From Escherichia coli (GTDB taxonomy: Bacteria > Pseudomonadota > Gammaproteobacteria > Enterobacterales > Enterobacteriaceae): a stretch of DNA of 64,000 nt. Positions within the stretch are counted from its first letter, which is position 1. Each line of letters begins with the position of its first letter. The DNA lies in assembly GCF_003334785.1 (NCBI RefSeq), contig NZ_QOWV01000011.1. The stretch is one strand, 5' to 3'. Below, piece by piece: positions 60,783-64,000 of the stretch. Made by a program: the position numbers and the translations under genes. The notes below the pieces were generated by a model. The model worked only from the letters and a program-made list of their open reading frames with translations, did no database searches and was not told the DNA's origin.

Positions 60783-61207
60783 GTGAAGCGTTATCGCTTT
60801 TCTCGTTGTTTGCCAGTAGTTTTCTCAGCGCTACACTATTACCCGGCAACTCCGAAGTCGTGCTGGTGGCAATGTTGCTTTCCGGGATCAGTCATCCCTG
60901 GGTTTTAGTTTTAACAGCAACAATGGGTAATAGCCTTGGAGGGTTAACTAACGTTATCCTTGGGCGTTTCTTTCCATTGCGTAAAACATCGCGCTGGCAA
61001 GAGAAAGCTACCGGCTGGCTGAAACGCTATGGTGCAGTCACGCTATTATTAAGCTGGATGCCCGTGGTTGGCGATTTACTGTGTCTGTTAGCGGGATGGA
61101 TGCGCATCTCGTGGGGACCGGTAATCTTTTTTTTGTGCCTTGGTAAAGCGTTACGCTATGTTGCAGTTGCAGCAGCGACCGTTCAGGGCATGATGTGGTG
61201 GCACTAA
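60779..61207 (+). CDS. yqaA: DedA/SNARE-associated-family inner-membrane protein, 142 aa, GTG start
   Basis: Hydrophobic polytopic ORF; 4-nt overlap with yqaB. Confidence 0.88.
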   Translation: MSEALSLFSLFASSFLSATLLPGNSEVVLVAMLLSGISHPWVLVLTATMGNSLGGLTNVILGRFFPLRKTSRWQEKATGWLKRYGAVTLLLSWMPVVGDLLCLLAGWMRISWGPVIFFLCLGKALRYVAVAAATVQGMMWWH

Positions 61208-61252
61208 TTGTAGGCCTGCACATATGGTCACCATTACAGTTATGCTAATTAA

Positions 61253-62836
<1,584 letters not shown>

Positions 62837-62844
62837 CAGAAAAG

Positions 62845-62917
62845 AAAAAGGCCACTCGTGAGTGGCCAAAATTTCATCTCTGAATTCAGGGATGATGATA
62901 ACAAATGCGCGTCTTTC
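62845..62917 (-). ncRNA. micA: MicA (SraD) small regulatory RNA, about 73 nt
   Basis: Minus strand reads GAAAGACGCGCATTTGTTATCATCATCCCTGAATTCAGAGATGAAATTTTGGCCACTCACGAGTGGCCTTTTT, matching MicA including its terminator hairpin and U-run. Confidence 0.92.
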
Positions 62918-62985
62918 ATATACTCAGACTCGCCTGGGAAGAAAGAGTTCAGAAAATTTTTAAAAAAATTACCGGAGGTGGCTAA

Positions 62986-63501
62986 ATGCCGTTGTTAGAT
63001 AGCTTCACAGTCGATCATACCCGGATGGAAGCGCCTGCAGTTCGGGTGGCGAAAACAATGAACACCCCGCATGGCGACGCAATCACCGTGTTCGATCTGC
63101 GCTTCTGCGTGCCGAACAAAGAAGTGATGCCAGAAAGAGGGATCCATACCCTGGAGCACCTGTTTGCTGGTTTTATGCGTAACCATCTTAACGGTAATGG
63201 TGTAGAGATTATCGATATCTCGCCAATGGGCTGCCGCACCGGTTTTTATATGAGTCTGATTGGTACGCCAGATGAGCAGCGTGTTGCTGATGCCTGGAAA
63301 GCGGCAATGGAAGACGTGCTGAAAGTGCAGGATCAGAATCAGATCCCGGAACTGAACGTCTACCAGTGTGGCACTTACCAGATGCACTCGTTGCAGGAAG
63401 CGCAGGATATTGCGCGTAGCATTCTGGAACGTGACGTACGCATCAACAGCAACGAAGAACTGGCACTGCCGAAAGAGAAGTTGCAGGAACTGCACATCTA
63501 G
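62986..63501 (+). CDS. luxS: S-ribosylhomocysteine lyase (autoinducer-2 synthase), 171 aa
   Basis: Translation [31 protein letters not shown]...; metal-binding HTLEH motif. Confidence 0.97.
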
Positions 63502-63526
63502 TCAGTAAACTATCTTCACAATTAAT

Positions 63527-63556
63527 TGAAAAAAGCCAGTTCAAATGAACTGGCTT
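63527..63556 (-). terminator. Rho-independent terminator of emrB; hairpin shared with the luxS 3' end
   Basis: AGCCAGTT-loop-AACTGGCT stem followed by a T-run on the minus strand. Confidence 0.65.
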
Positions 63557-63564
63557 AGTTGTAC

Positions 63565-64000
63565 TTAGTGCGCACCGCCTCCGCCGCCACCTGCGCCAAA
63601 TGGCGGTTTAGCAAACCACACCAGCCCCAGCAGGACGAGGAATATCCCGGCTGACATCCAGAAGATCTCATTGGCGGAAATAATCAGCCCCTGATTGGTG
63701 ATCTGCTGGGCAATCCAGCCTGATGCCTGCTGTTGCGTCATCCCAAGCCCTTCCAGTTGACTGTACATCGCCTGGGCATTCGGGTTGAACGGGTTTACCG
63801 ACTCAGTCAACTGCGCATGGTGCATCGACTCGCGGTTGGTCCACATGGTCGTGGTTATCGACGTGCCGATAGACCCCGCCAGCGTTCGCGTAAAGTTAGA
63901 GAGGCTCGATGCCGCCGCCAGTCGTTCCGGTGGCAAACCAGACAGCGTAATGGTGGTCAGCGGCATAAAGAAGCAGGCCACCGCAAACCCCTGGATAAAC
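63565..64000 (-). CDS. emrB: 3' part of multidrug efflux MFS transporter EmrB (C-terminal about 145 aa; truncated by window edge)
   Basis: C-terminal TM segments ending ...WFAKPPFGAGGGGGGAH; ORF continues beyond position 64000. Confidence 0.9.
   Translation of the reverse strand, partial: FIQGFAVACFFMPLTTITLSGLPPERLAAASSLSNFTRTLAGSIGTSITTTMWTNRESMHHAQLTESVNPFNPNAQAMYSQLEGLGMTQQQASGWIAQQITNQGLIISANEIFWMSAGIFLVLLGLVWFAKPPFGAGGGGGGAH

Overview
This window reads as an Escherichia coli-type chromosomal segment, in reverse-complement orientation relative to the K-12 map as I recall it. I found no clearly novel system, no transposase, integrase or phage genes, and no foreign-looking block; every protein above about 100 aa matches a well-known family. 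Gene order, left to right: a type I-E CRISPR array at the edge (leader and any cas genes would lie left of position 1), iap, cysDNC, ygbE, ftsB, ispD-ispF-truD-surE-pcm, nlpD, rpoS, the ygbI / ygbJKLMN acid-sugar cluster, pphB, mutS, ygbA, fhlA, hypEDCBA, hycABCDEFGHI, ascBFG, hydN-hypF, norWVR, the gutQ-srlR-gutM-srlDBEA operon, mltB, pncC, recA-recX, alaS, csrA, a tRNA-Ser / tRNA-Arg operon, yqaB, yqaA, gshA, the MicA sRNA, luxS and the 3' end of emrB. Calls rest on recognising the translated ORFs from memory and inspecting start sites; many ORF-track starts are upstream extensions and corrected starts are given. The items most worth a second look are the edge-truncated CRISPR array, the tRNA-Arg tandem repeat with truncated 3' pseudo-copies, candidate operator/UAS repeats upstream of ygbI/ygbJ, hydN and hyc/hyp, and the small poorly characterised genes ygbE, ygbA and yqaA. 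I could not run any search, so all identities need BLAST/HMM confirmation.
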